A stretch of 64,000 nucleotides of DNA from an uncultured Clostridia bacterium (lineage in GTDB: Bacteria > Bacillota > Clostridia > Christensenellales > UBA3700): assembly GCA_947175555.1 (NCBI GenBank), contig CAMWNK010000003.1, positions 4,540-68,539 on the forward strand, given 5' to 3'. How positions within the stretch are numbered: position 1 is the first letter of the stretch; each line of letters opens with the position of its first letter. Below the pieces are notes generated by a model. It did not search any database and was not told the origin of the DNA. It was given only the letters and a program-made list of their open reading frames with translations. The translations under genes were made by a program, and so were the position numbers. Positions 1 through 9,286 of this stretch are shown here, piece by piece.

Positions 1-241
1 TTATACCCTTTACTTTATTGGCGGCAATGGATATACCGATGCCCGTACCGCAAAGGAGTATACCCTTATCGCACGCGCCCGAAGATACATCTTTAGCTAC
101 CGCGAGCGCATAATCGGGATAATCTACGGACTCGCCGTTACAGCCCTTATCCGCAACTTCTATTCCTCTATCTTGCAACAGCTTGATTATGCCCTCTTTG
201 AGCACGTATCCGCCGTGGTCGCAACCTATAGCTATCTTCAC
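1..241 (-). CDS. rpiB: ribose-5-phosphate isomerase B (RpiB/LacAB family), N-terminal ~80 codons; the 3' end lies outside the window
   Basis: Absent from the ORF track because it runs off the window. The reverse complement from GTG at 241 reads VKIAIGCDHGGYVLKEGIIKLLQDRGIEVADKGCNGESVDYPDYALAVAKDVSSGACDKGILLCGTGIGISIAANKVKGI. AGGAG lies 6 nt upstream of the GTG. Confidence 0.8.
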   Translation of the reverse strand, partial: MKIAIGCDHGGYVLKEGIIKLLQDRGIEVADKGCNGESVDYPDYALAVAKDVSSGACDKGILLCGTGIGISIAANKVKGI

Positions 242-318
242 GATTTGCTCCTACCTTTATAATATACAATTATATCACTATTTTTAATTCTAATCAAGCC
301 CAAAAAGTAAAAACAAGG

Positions 319-771
319 TCAATCGCCGCTATGCAGTCTATCTCGGATAAAGTCCGCGACATAGTCCAGCGCCTTATCGATTGCCTCTAAGCATCTGCGA
401 TAATCCTCTATGCTCCCGCCGTAAGGATCGGGAATATCTCCATAAGGAGTTATCTCCCTCATACTGTAAAGTTTATCTTCTTCTACAAACGGCGCAAGCG
501 CGGCCTTATGCTGCCACGTCATAGTAACAATCAAGTCGTATCTGTCAGCAAGGTTTTGAGTAACGGGCTGCGAGCGGTGGAACGAGTGTATTCCCCTCTC
601 GGAAAGCGCAGCTGCGGCATTGGCGGAAATAGGATCTCCGAATCCGCAGTGCGCGCCTGCGCTCGCTACTTCTTCTACTTGCAAGTTCCTTGCGGCAAAC
701 TTGACTTTCGCAAGTTCCTCCGCCATCGGAGAGCGACACGTATTGCCGCTGCATACAAAAAGCACTCTCAT
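319..771 (-). CDS. low-molecular-weight protein phosphatase (LMW-PTP, YwlE-like arginine/tyrosine phosphatase)
   Basis: 150-aa ORF with the P-loop CSGNTCRS (C-X5-R-S) near the N-terminus and a DP motif (IPDPYGG). Its ATG overlaps the tsaC stop as ATGA at 768-771. It lies in tsaC-ywlE-rpiB synteny. Confidence 0.85.
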   Translation of the reverse strand: MRVLFVCSGNTCRSPMAEELAKVKFAARNLQVEEVASAGAHCGFGDPISANAAAALSERGIHSFHRSQPVTQNLADRYDLIVTMTWQHKAALAPFVEEDKLYSMREITPYGDIPDPYGGSIEDYRRCLEAIDKALDYVADFIRDRLHSGD

Positions 772-1757
772 ATTATTTTACCTCCGGCAGATTTATTTAC
801 TCTGTTCATGACGGATGCAAGCACGCCGCTATGTCCTAAATCCTCGCATATTATGCAGTCGTATCTCTTCTCTGCGCCGTGCATCGCAGCATAAATATTT
901 CTGCATATCTCATCCTCTCCGCTGCCCAAGTCGACGACATCGAAGCCTGCATATATGCCCATATGCTCCCTTATGCACAGTATCACTGGATTGCCGCCCG
1001 CCGCCGCACGTCTGCCGTATTCTTGCATCGCGCTATCGGGACTTGAGGCAACAACGCAGTCGCATGACGGCGCGTAATGCTTATATTTCATCCCCGGCGC
1101 GGGAGCTGCCGCTATCACCTTGCCGTCGTGAGTCTTTACTTGCCCGAGCACGCTTGCAATCTGCTCTGCCGTTACCGCCCCCGGGCGAAGGATTACGGGG
1201 ACGTCTCCCGTTATATCGAGCACGGTGCTCTCTATCCCCACGTCGCAGTCTCCGCCGTCTATTATCAGCGGTATCCTGCCGTTCATATCTTCAAATACGT
1301 GATACGCCGTAGTCGGACTTATCTTAGTAGACAGATTGGCAGAAGGCGCGGCTATAGGCACACCGCACGCCGATATAAATTCTCTTGCCACTGCGTGCGA
1401 AGGAACACGTACGCCCACGGTGTCCAGACCTGCCGTTACGCAGTCGGGAACGTCGCCGCGTTTCTTTACGACCAACGTCAGCGGACCGGGCATAAACTTT
1501 TCTATCAACGGCTCGTAACGACTGTCATAACCTGCGCTCACGTCCGAAATATCTTTACTGTCTGCAAGATGGACAATCAGCGGATTATCCATAGGTCTGC
1601 CCTTGGCGGCAAAAACTGCGGATATCGCCTCTGCATCGTATGCGCACGCGCCCAATCCGTATACCGTCTCTGTAGGGAATGCCACAATTCCGCCCGATTG
1701 TATAATACGCGCGCCGCGCTCTATAGCTGCCCTGCCGCTGTCGATTAGCGTCTCCAT
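768..1757 (-). CDS. tsaC: L-threonylcarbamoyladenylate synthase, long Sua5/YwlC type
   Basis: 329-aa ORF with YrdC/Sua5 motifs KGRPMDNPLIVH and APSANLS, plus a C-terminal Sua5-type extension. It starts 1 nt downstream of the ZIP gene. Confidence 0.85.
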   Translation of the reverse strand: METLIDSGRAAIERGARIIQSGGIVAFPTETVYGLGACAYDAEAISAVFAAKGRPMDNPLIVHLADSKDISDVSAGYDSRYEPLIEKFMPGPLTLVVKKRGDVPDCVTAGLDTVGVRVPSHAVAREFISACGVPIAAPSANLSTKISPTTAYHVFEDMNGRIPLIIDGGDCDVGIESTVLDITGDVPVILRPGAVTAEQIASVLGQVKTHDGKVIAAAPAPGMKYKHYAPSCDCVVASSPDSAMQEYGRRAAAGGNPVILCIREHMGIYAGFDVVDLGSGEDEICRNIYAAMHGAEKRYDCIICEDLGHSGVLASVMNRVNKSAGGKII

Positions 1758-1758
1758 A

Positions 1759-2508
1759 TCAATGCACCCCCGCTATAAGCAATCCGAGCAACACTCCTAT
1801 CGCTATGAATAGCGAAACGCTCTTACTCTTAGCTTCCTTGTACGCGTCGGCGAGCATATCTCCGAAAATTATATACAGCAACGCGCCTGCCGAAAGCGCG
1901 GTGCATATGCCCGAAAACATTGCCGATATTCCGCTGATATAATATCCTATTACCGCACCTACCACGGTAACTGCGCCCACGCCTACGGTTATCAAGACAG
2001 ACTTAACTCTGCCCAAGCCGCCTTTGCACAGCAAGACAGTCAATGCCATACCCTCGGGAATATTGTGCCATGCCACCGACAGGGCGAGCATAGCTGCATT
2101 ATCAGAGCCTGCGATACTGCCCATCGCCATGCCCTCGGGCAAGTTGTGCAACGTCAATGCTATTGCAAAAATCAATCCGGCGCGTCTGCACTCGGCGCAG
2201 GCATCGCTGTGCGTCGACTCGTGCTTGTGCTTGCGAGAGCGAGACAGCAGCGCGCTTGCTCCCCATACGGCGGCGCAACCGATAGTAGCCACGCCTACGA
2301 CGACGGCTACACCGCTGTCCTCGATAGCTTCGGGAATCATATCGCCGAATAAAACGACAATGATAAAGCCTGACGCGAGCCCCATTACGGAGGGCATAAA
2401 GTCTCCGTACTTATCCTTATCTCCCGTCAAAACGGCTAATAATGCGCCGCAAAAAGTACCGACCACACCGCCGATTACGCTCCAAAGAATTGCGCTAAGC
2501 ATATACAT
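1759..2508 (-). CDS. ZIP-family divalent metal (zinc) transporter
   Basis: 249-aa polytopic membrane ORF with paired HNxPEG motifs (HNLPEGMAMG, HNIPEGMAL) and a His/Cys-rich loop (RKHKHESTHSDACAEC). Confidence 0.8.
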   Translation of the reverse strand: MYMLSAILWSVIGGVVGTFCGALLAVLTGDKDKYGDFMPSVMGLASGFIIVVLFGDMIPEAIEDSGVAVVVGVATIGCAAVWGASALLSRSRKHKHESTHSDACAECRRAGLIFAIALTLHNLPEGMAMGSIAGSDNAAMLALSVAWHNIPEGMALTVLLCKGGLGRVKSVLITVGVGAVTVVGAVIGYYISGISAMFSGICTALSAGALLYIIFGDMLADAYKEAKSKSVSLFIAIGVLLGLLIAGVH

Positions 2509-2635
2509 ATTTTATAACAATAATGCTTGCTTTGCAAGTAAATATTTTATATAACAATGCGCGTACAACATATATCGATTTACATTTTTTTACAGTAAAT
2601 TTTGACTTATTAAGCAATATTATCGGCGCTATTAA

Positions 2636-2664
2636 TTTACTTTAGAATAATTTGCTGTTATAAT
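2636..2664 (+). promoter_or_regulatory. candidate sigma-A promoter for the 2698 gene
   Basis: TTTACT (2636-2641), a 17-nt spacer, then extended -10 TGtTATAAT (2656-2664). GAGGAG lies 7 nt before the ATG at 2698. Confidence 0.4.
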
Positions 2665-2697
2665 ATATATAATTAAAAGTAATTCGAGGAGAAATTA

Positions 2698-3999
2698 ATG
2701 GACAAATTTGTTGATTTTATGACAAGATCGGTTACTCAAATAGGTTCCTTCGACCTTAAAGTATGGTACCTTATCCTTGCAGCCGTAGTCATCATTCTGG
2801 TTATCGTCGTAGCAATAACCGCCTCTGAGGTAACCCGTAAAAAGAAGAAGAAAGCCAAAGAAGAGGCTATGGTCGCCGAGAACGAGCAAAAGTTAGCCGG
2901 AGCGGATATCGGCAACGAGCATATCGCGCCCGCCAACGAAGAGGAGCCCGTCGTAGCCCCTGTCGCGCAGGAAGAGCCTCAAGAGGAAGCAGCCGACGAG
3001 AGCGCCGAGTATGTAGAAGAGTATGTCGAGACCGTCGAGGAAGTCGAAGAGACTCCCGAAGAGGAATACATAGTATACGAAGAAGTAGAACCCGAATATA
3101 TCGAGGAGTACGTCGAAGACAGCGCTGCGCCCGCGCAAGAGCCCGCACAGCCCGCCCCTGCCGTCGACGATAACGCAAACAAAGACAACGGCAAGGACGA
3201 AATTGCCGCTGAAGAAATCAAACCTGCTAAGAAAGTAAAGGAGGAAAAACCCGTGGCAACAACCAAAAAGACCGCAGAAAAGAAGCCGGCAGCAAAAGCC
3301 GCTCCTGCAAAAACCACTGCCGCGACTAAACCTGCTGCCGCAAAAGCAGAGGCTAAGCCCGCAGCTAAAAAGGCAACCGAGACAAAGCCCGCTGCTAAGA
3401 AGCCCGCTGCCGCCAAGGCAGAGCCTGCCAAGAAGGCAGCTCCCGCAAAGACCGAAGCTAAGCCCGCTGCTAAGAAGACGGAGACTAAGCCTACAGCTAA
3501 AACTGCTGCCGCAGCAAAGCCCGCTCCTGCAAAGAAGCCTGCTGCTAAACCCGCTCCCGCTAAGGCAGCTACTAAGCCTGCAGCTAAAGCTGCTCCCAAG
3601 CAAAACGAAGACGACAACATCATCTTGCTCGGCAACGAGCCCGCTACCCCCAGCAACGGTAAGTTCGTTATCGTAAAGGGCGACAACCCCATCAAGCCTT
3701 ACGTATTCCAGCTTAAAGCTAATAACGGTCAGGTATTGTATGAGTCGGAAGGCTATAAGATTAAGCCCAAGAAGGCGTCTATCGTAGCTTTCAAGAAAGC
3801 TGTTCAGAACGGCGAGATAGCTATCGACAGAGAAAAGAACGGTACTTTCCGTTACAAGCTGTATAAAGAGGACGGCTCTCTGCTCGGCGTAGGCGAAAGC
3901 TACAAGACTTGGGACAGAGCCGAGAGCGCGGCAGAGTCGGTCAAGACATTTGCTCAGAGCGCTAACTTCATCGAGGACCTCAGCGGCTCCAAGGACTAA
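2698..3999 (+). CDS. membrane-anchored protein: N-terminal TM, acidic block, Lys/Ala/Pro-rich basic repeat block, tandem YegP/DUF1508-like C-terminal domains
   Basis: 433-aa ORF with a good SD. The TM segment VWYLILAAVVIILVIVVAITA is followed by RKKKKKAKEE. An E/Y/V-rich acidic stretch comes next, then KPAAK-type repeats. The C-terminus reads GKFVIVKGDNPIKPYVFQLKANNGQVLYESEGY and GTFRYKLYKEDGSLLGVGESY, which resemble YegP repeats. Confidence 0.75.
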   Translation: MDKFVDFMTRSVTQIGSFDLKVWYLILAAVVIILVIVVAITASEVTRKKKKKAKEEAMVAENEQKLAGADIGNEHIAPANEEEPVVAPVAQEEPQEEAADESAEYVEEYVETVEEVEETPEEEYIVYEEVEPEYIEEYVEDSAAPAQEPAQPAPAVDDNANKDNGKDEIAAEEIKPAKKVKEEKPVATTKKTAEKKPAAKAAPAKTTAATKPAAAKAEAKPAAKKATETKPAAKKPAAAKAEPAKKAAPAKTEAKPAAKKTETKPTAKTAAAAKPAPAKKPAAKPAPAKAATKPAAKAAPKQNEDDNIILLGNEPATPSNGKFVIVKGDNPIKPYVFQLKANNGQVLYESEGYKIKPKKASIVAFKKAVQNGEIAIDREKNGTFRYKLYKEDGSLLGVGESYKTWDRAESAAESVKTFAQSANFIEDLSGSKD

Positions 4000-4020
4000 T
4001 AATCATACCGCTAATAATCA

Positions 4021-4051
4021 AGCGCCGCATTTCAAGTGCGGCGCTTTTATT
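4021..4051 (+). terminator. rho-independent terminator, possibly bidirectional (also lies downstream of manA)
   Basis: A 9-bp stem AGCGCCGCA / TGCGGCGCT with a 7-nt loop, followed by TTTTATTAT. It sits between convergent genes ending at 3999 (+) and 4089 (-). Confidence 0.75.
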
Positions 4052-4088
4052 ATATAGACAAACTTTTAATAACAAAATTTAATTGAAT

Positions 4089-5039
4089 TTATATCTTCGC
4101 AGAAATAAGTTTCAGCTGACCTATTATCTCTACTCTCCCCACTCCCGCAGGCAGAAAATAAGTTTCGCCTTTATTAATCTCGTATCTTACGTCGCTATAA
4201 GCGATATATCCGCATCCTTCTACGGCGGTCAAAGATACAAAGCTGTCTGTAACATCTACGCAGTACGAGCCTTTAATGCTGAGCTCGTTTACGTCAAAGT
4301 ATTTACATGAGGCAAGTTCTCTTACGCTCTCCCCTACTGATTTTACGCCGCTATTTTTTACGCATACGCTCTTATAGTCTATTACGTCTACTGCCTTATC
4401 AATATGCAGCTGTCTCTTATTGCCCGACTTATCTACTCTGTCGTAATCATACAGACGATACGTTAAAGACGAATTCTGCTGAATCTCGCAAATCAGCAGA
4501 CCTCCGCATATTGCATGCACCGTGCCGGACGGTATGAATATTACGTCGCCTTTGCTCACCTTTATAAAGTTGAGATAATCGGTAATCTTTCCGTGATTGA
4601 GTATATCGACAACTTCCTGCTTGCTCATATCGCCGCTTTTGAATCCGCAATATACTCCTGCCCCGTCGTCTGCCTCAACGATATACCACATCTCTGTTTT
4701 ACCGTATTGACCTTCGTGCGCAAGAGCATACTCGTCGCCCGGATGCACCTGTATGGATAGGTTGCTCCTTGCGTCGATCAGTTTAATGAGAATAGGAAAG
4801 AAATCGAATCCATCGCACCTACTGCCCTTGTAATCGGGATTGGCATCCAATACCTCGGCAAGCGTCTTGCCTTCGTACATTCCGCCTGCAATAATACACT
4901 GCCCGTCCTTATGACAAGATAGCTCCCAACTTTCCGCTATCGTATCGCTGAGGGAGAGCTTGCCCCATTCGCTTTTGAGCTTGGTTCCGCCCCATACGTA
5001 ATCCTTGACGGACGGCAATAATTTCATAGGATACTTCAT
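4089..5039 (-). CDS. manA: mannose-6-phosphate isomerase, class I
   Basis: 316-aa ORF with type I PMI motifs: SIQVHPGDEYA, GKTEMWYIV and GTVHAICGG. It overlaps the upstream kinase gene by 4 nt. Confidence 0.85.
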   Translation of the reverse strand: MKYPMKLLPSVKDYVWGGTKLKSEWGKLSLSDTIAESWELSCHKDGQCIIAGGMYEGKTLAEVLDANPDYKGSRCDGFDFFPILIKLIDARSNLSIQVHPGDEYALAHEGQYGKTEMWYIVEADDGAGVYCGFKSGDMSKQEVVDILNHGKITDYLNFIKVSKGDVIFIPSGTVHAICGGLLICEIQQNSSLTYRLYDYDRVDKSGNKRQLHIDKAVDVIDYKSVCVKNSGVKSVGESVRELASCKYFDVNELSIKGSYCVDVTDSFVSLTAVEGCGYIAYSDVRYEINKGETYFLPAGVGRVEIIGQLKLISAKI

Positions 5040-6781
5040 TGTTTATCTCCTTCGGCATACAGCGGCAAAGATACCGTAAATATCGAGCCTTCGCCCGGCG
5101 CGCTTTTCAGCGTGATAGAGCCGCCGTGAATATTGACTATGATATGCTTCACTATCGCAAGCCCCAGACCTGTGCTGACTTCGTCGCTTCTGGTCCTTGC
5201 GGAATCCACCTTGTAAAATCTCTCGAATACTCTGTCCTTATTCTCGTCGGCTATACCTATGCCGTTGTCTTTAACTTCTATTACCGCATTGCCGTCTTGT
5301 GTGAAAACTTTTACCCAAACGCGTCCGTTTGCCTTATTGTATTTGACCGCATTGCTCACAAGATTGGTAATAGCCGTGGCAATCATCTTGGGATAGCATT
5401 CCGCCTGCGCGCTCCCCTCGTAATGTATCTTTACGCCCGATACCGCAGCCGATATTGACATCTCATCGCAGATCTCTTTGCTCAAATTGCCGAGGTCTAC
5501 CGTCTCTATCTGCTCGCTCTTGATATTGGCGTCCAATCTGCTTATATACAACATATCGCTTATGAGCATGCTCATCTTGGACGCGTTGGAATTGATTTCT
5601 TCGGCGCACTTTGCAATCTTCTTCTCGCCTATATTAGGCAATGCAAGCAGCTCCGAATAGCCCTTAATTACAGTAAGCGGAGTCTTAAGCTCGTGCGATG
5701 CGTTGGCAAAAAATTCGCTTCTGATATCGGCGGACTTTATCTCCTGCGTAATATCGGTAAATAGCAACATCAGGGCTATACTGCCCAAGTTTTCAAACCA
5801 TGTAGTATGAGCAAGTCTCGTCTCTACTCTGTATATTTTACCATTTAGTCGCATCTCGCACTCTTTGTCGCAGGACTCTTCAAGGGCGCAATTGATCATA
5901 GACAATACACTCTTGTCGCTGACAAGCGTGGAAATGGGCACGCCTACGGTATTGTAATCTACTCCAAATATTCTCAGCACTGCGCTGTTATTGAGCATTA
6001 TGCTCAGATTTTCCGAAAGCGCGACTATTCCCTGCCCTATGTTGTCAAGTAAGAAATCCGTCTTTTTCTGCTCGTACTGAGTATGGCTGAGCATGTCTGA
6101 TATGCGTCCGCCCACGTCGTTGATTTGACTGATTATCCCTTGATATTCTTCATAATCTGTAGAAATCTCGCTCTTACGGTAATTACCGTTATTGATTTCT
6201 TGCAAGCCTTTCTGTACCGCTTGCAGCGGCTTCATAGACCGCTTAATATACATCTGCAACAGCAGACACGCAAATACTATCAATACAAGCGCCGCAATAA
6301 TTGCGCTGCAACAGAATATCCAGAATTTGGGTGTGGAATAAGATACGGGCAAACCGCACTTTACGTACACGTATCCCGAGCGGTCCACCATGGGAGAGAC
6401 CTTTACCCTCTCGGTATAAAAGGTGATATGCTTGCCTGCTACTTTCTTAGTGCTGTATGAATAGCCGCGCTCGTTGACTTGCTGTAACTCCTTGAGGTCA
6501 GCTTGCAACGCCACGCTGCTATTGGTGGATATGAATGAGCCGTCTCCGGAATAAATGACTATAACGTTAATAGATTCTTCATAGTTATCTACGCTGCTGA
6601 GCAGATCACCTCTGTCTCTGAACTCCGATATATGCTTGCCGTATGCGCTCACGAAGTTTTTAATATTAGTACGCGTACTGTTGTATCCTGCCAGCAAGAA
6701 ACCTGCGCAGCTGAATACAACCACCAATACCAAAGTAATGGATATTACCGCTATTATCTGCCTCGAGAGCTTACTTCTCAT
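5036..6781 (-). CDS. sensor histidine kinase (two TM segments, HAMP/PAS-like linker, HisKA plus HATPase_c)
   Basis: 581-aa ORF with H-box FFANASHELKTPLTVIKGY, N-box NAVKYN, G1 DNGIGI and G2 GLGLAIV. Its start overlaps the stop of the response regulator (TAATG). Confidence 0.85.
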   Translation of the reverse strand: MRSKLSRQIIAVISITLVLVVVFSCAGFLLAGYNSTRTNIKNFVSAYGKHISEFRDRGDLLSSVDNYEESINVIVIYSGDGSFISTNSSVALQADLKELQQVNERGYSYSTKKVAGKHITFYTERVKVSPMVDRSGYVYVKCGLPVSYSTPKFWIFCCSAIIAALVLIVFACLLLQMYIKRSMKPLQAVQKGLQEINNGNYRKSEISTDYEEYQGIISQINDVGGRISDMLSHTQYEQKKTDFLLDNIGQGIVALSENLSIMLNNSAVLRIFGVDYNTVGVPISTLVSDKSVLSMINCALEESCDKECEMRLNGKIYRVETRLAHTTWFENLGSIALMLLFTDITQEIKSADIRSEFFANASHELKTPLTVIKGYSELLALPNIGEKKIAKCAEEINSNASKMSMLISDMLYISRLDANIKSEQIETVDLGNLSKEICDEMSISAAVSGVKIHYEGSAQAECYPKMIATAITNLVSNAVKYNKANGRVWVKVFTQDGNAVIEVKDNGIGIADENKDRVFERFYKVDSARTRSDEVSTGLGLAIVKHIIVNIHGGSITLKSAPGEGSIFTVSLPLYAEGDKQ

Positions 6782-7473
6782 TATTTATTTTTAGAAAACT
6801 TGTAGCCCACTCCTCTAACGGTGTGAATATATTGCGCTTCGGTGAATTGAGCGAGCTTACTCCTTAAAGACTTAATGTGCATATCAAGCGTGCGCGTCTC
6901 GCCGAAATACTCGTAATCCCATACTGCCGTAAGTATCTTTTCCCTCGTAACGACATTGTCGCAACGCTCCATAAGCAGCTTAAGCAACTTGTATTCCTTA
7001 AGAGTCAACTGCACCTCGTTGCCCGCGACCAAGACTCTGTGCTCGGCGTTGTTTACGGTAATCTCTCCTACGGAGATTATTTCGCCGCCCGCCAAGGTAG
7101 ACTTGCGAATATTGGCTTTAACTCGAGCAATCAATTCAAGCATGCCGAAGGGCTTGGCTATGTAGTCGTCCGCGCCGAGATTAAGTCCCTCTACTTTATC
7201 CTTTTCGTCTCCCTTTGCGCTGACTATAATAATGGGTATACTCTTGGTGCTCTCGCCTGCCTTAAGTAGCTTAAGCGCATCAAGTCCGTTCATGCCCGGC
7301 AACATCAAGTCAAGAATGATGATATCGCATTTCTCTTGCTTTTCAAAAGCGCGGAACATATCTTCCGCCCTTTCAAAGCACTCCACTTCAAACTCTTCGC
7401 TATCAAAAGCAATCTCGTAAAGTCCGCTTATGCTTCTGTCATCTTCTACTACAAAAATCTTATGTTTGTTCAT
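6781..7473 (-). CDS. OmpR/PhoB-family response regulator
   Basis: Receiver motifs (VVEDD, IIILDLMLPGMNG, KP) and a winged-helix output domain (TLDMHIKSLRSKL, VRGVGYKF). The ORF track starts at 7485. I prefer the ATG at 7473 because GGAGG lies 5 nt upstream of it. Confidence 0.85.
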   Translation of the reverse strand: MNKHKIFVVEDDRSISGLYEIAFDSEEFEVECFERAEDMFRAFEKQEKCDIIILDLMLPGMNGLDALKLLKAGESTKSIPIIIVSAKGDEKDKVEGLNLGADDYIAKPFGMLELIARVKANIRKSTLAGGEIISVGEITVNNAEHRVLVAGNEVQLTLKEYKLLKLLMERCDNVVTREKILTAVWDYEYFGETRTLDMHIKSLRSKLAQFTEAQYIHTVRGVGYKFSKNK

Positions 7474-7491
7474 AACCGCCTCCATGTCAAA

Positions 7492-7520
7492 ATTATATCA
7501 CAGACTTTACATAATGTAAA
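7492..7520 (-). promoter_or_regulatory. candidate promoter of the RR-HK-manA operon
   Basis: The minus strand reads TTTACA (7520-7515), a 17-nt spacer, then extended -10 TGaTATAAT (7500-7492). The predicted TSS falls at about 7485. Confidence 0.5.
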
Positions 7521-7609
7521 ATGCAACGTGGATCATTTGCCTTATAATAGACATATTTGACGACATTTTTACATAAATTGCCGATAAATTGCATTATTTA
7601 ATTTAATTG

Positions 7610-9286
7610 TCAACCTTGACTTTTCAATGAATATACCGCTGCCTCATAAGGTCTCAATCTCATATTGGGCATAAATATGCCGCCTCCGCGGTAATTGCTC
7701 AGCTCAAGCTCGGCTTTACTATTGGCATATTCCTCAGGCAAATTGAACTTTACGGCTTTATTCTTAAAGTTGACTATTACCAACAGTCTTTTTCCGCCGC
7801 ATTTGCGCTCGTAGGCAAATATATTTCGGTTATTAGGACATATATCTTTATAGTCTCCGTCGATTATCGCTTCATTGCCCTTACGGTATGCGTGCAACTT
7901 GGCATAAAATTTATATATCGACTTCTCCTCGGCTAAGTCCTTATCTACATTGATAAACTTATAATTGGGATTGACCTTCATCCACGGCTTGGCGCTAGAA
8001 AAGCCGGCATTCTCTCGCGCATTCCACTGCATAGGCGTGCGCGCATGATCTCTTGCCCTGCGCGAAAAGCAGTATCTGGCAATACTCTTACCAAAGGGGA
8101 TATACTTGACAATATTCATGATTTGTCTGAACATTATGTCTTGATATTCGTCATCTGTAAATCTACAGTTGGTCATGCCTATCTCTTGACCTTGATATAC
8201 AAAAGGCGTACCTCTTTGCAACTGCATAGCTACCGCAAGCGCAGTTGCCGCCTCGTACCTATGTCCGCTGTAGTTTCCGGTAAATCGACCTAATGAACGA
8301 GGCTGGTCGTGGTTTTCAAGGAAAAGCGTATTCTGACATGTGTTAGGTAACGCCTGCCACGAATCGAGAACTTTCTTGAATTTAGTCAAAGAAAATCTGT
8401 GCGGTATAACCATGAAATACATATCAACACACAGGTGTTCAAAAGAAAATACCGTATCGAGCTCAGCTACGCTCTCGTCGATACAGTCATAGGCGTTGGA
8501 TAGCGTAATACCCGCAGCTTCGCCTACAGTAAAGGAATCGTACTTGCTCCACGACTCGGCATTCAATTCTTTAATATACTCGTGATACCTCGGTCCTACG
8601 ACATACTGCTCTTCTCCGCAGAAAATCAAGTTGAATTTGCCGTCGGGCAAGCCGCTCTTTTTAGATATATAGGTGATGACGTCGCACCTAAAGCCGTCTA
8701 CTCCCATATCCATCCAGAAATTGCAAATATCGGCTATCTCCTTGCGGACTTTAGGGTTTTCCCAATTCAAGTCGGGTTGCTTGCGGCTGAACAAATGCAG
8801 ATACCACTCCTTGGTAGTTTCGTCATATTTCCATGCGCTCCCGCCAAAGCTGGACGTCCAATTATTAGGCGGCTTTCTGCCGTCTTTCCCTCTGCCTTTG
8901 CGCCATATGTAATAATCTCTATAAGGATTGTCTACGCTCTTTCTGCTCTCGCTAAACCAATAGTGCTCGTCAGAGGTATGATTGGCAACTAAATCCATTA
9001 TCAGCTTAATGCCTCTGCTATGCAAGCCGTCGAACAACTCCTTAAAATCGCTCATCGTGCCGAACTCATCCATGATATCTCTATAGTCGCTTATATCGTA
9101 GCCGTTGTCGTCATTTGGCGACTTATATATAGGAGACAGCCACACTGCGTCGACGCCGAGACCTTTGATATAGTCGAGCTTGGATATTATACCTCTCAAG
9201 TCGCCTATTCCGTCGCCGTTGCTATCGCAAAAGCTCCTTGGATATATCTGATATACGACAGCGTCTTTATACCATCTCGTCTTCAT
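7610..9286 (-). CDS. GH13 alpha-glucosidase (oligo-1,6-glucosidase / trehalose-6-phosphate hydrolase-like)
   Basis: 558-aa ORF with the N-terminus WYKDAVVYQIYPRSFCDSNGDGIGDL and GH13 conserved regions DLVANHTS, GVDGFRCDVI, GEAAG and FLENHDQPR. Confidence 0.85.
   Translation of the reverse strand: MKTRWYKDAVVYQIYPRSFCDSNGDGIGDLRGIISKLDYIKGLGVDAVWLSPIYKSPNDDNGYDISDYRDIMDEFGTMSDFKELFDGLHSRGIKLIMDLVANHTSDEHYWFSESRKSVDNPYRDYYIWRKGRGKDGRKPPNNWTSSFGGSAWKYDETTKEWYLHLFSRKQPDLNWENPKVRKEIADICNFWMDMGVDGFRCDVITYISKKSGLPDGKFNLIFCGEEQYVVGPRYHEYIKELNAESWSKYDSFTVGEAAGITLSNAYDCIDESVAELDTVFSFEHLCVDMYFMVIPHRFSLTKFKKVLDSWQALPNTCQNTLFLENHDQPRSLGRFTGNYSGHRYEAATALAVAMQLQRGTPFVYQGQEIGMTNCRFTDDEYQDIMFRQIMNIVKYIPFGKSIARYCFSRRARDHARTPMQWNARENAGFSSAKPWMKVNPNYKFINVDKDLAEEKSIYKFYAKLHAYRKGNEAIIDGDYKDICPNNRNIFAYERKCGGKRLLVIVNFKNKAVKFNLPEEYANSKAELELSNYRGGGIFMPNMRLRPYEAAVYSLKSQG

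Noticed and set aside
2736-3695. Minus-strand ORFs (2979-3695 at 238 aa, 2893-3603 at 236 aa, 2867-3178) antisense to the YegP-domain gene.
   Set aside because: They are low-complexity shadows of the GAA/GCT/AAG-rich repeat region (poly-Ala/Ser/Leu/Gly/Phe translations), with no start context.
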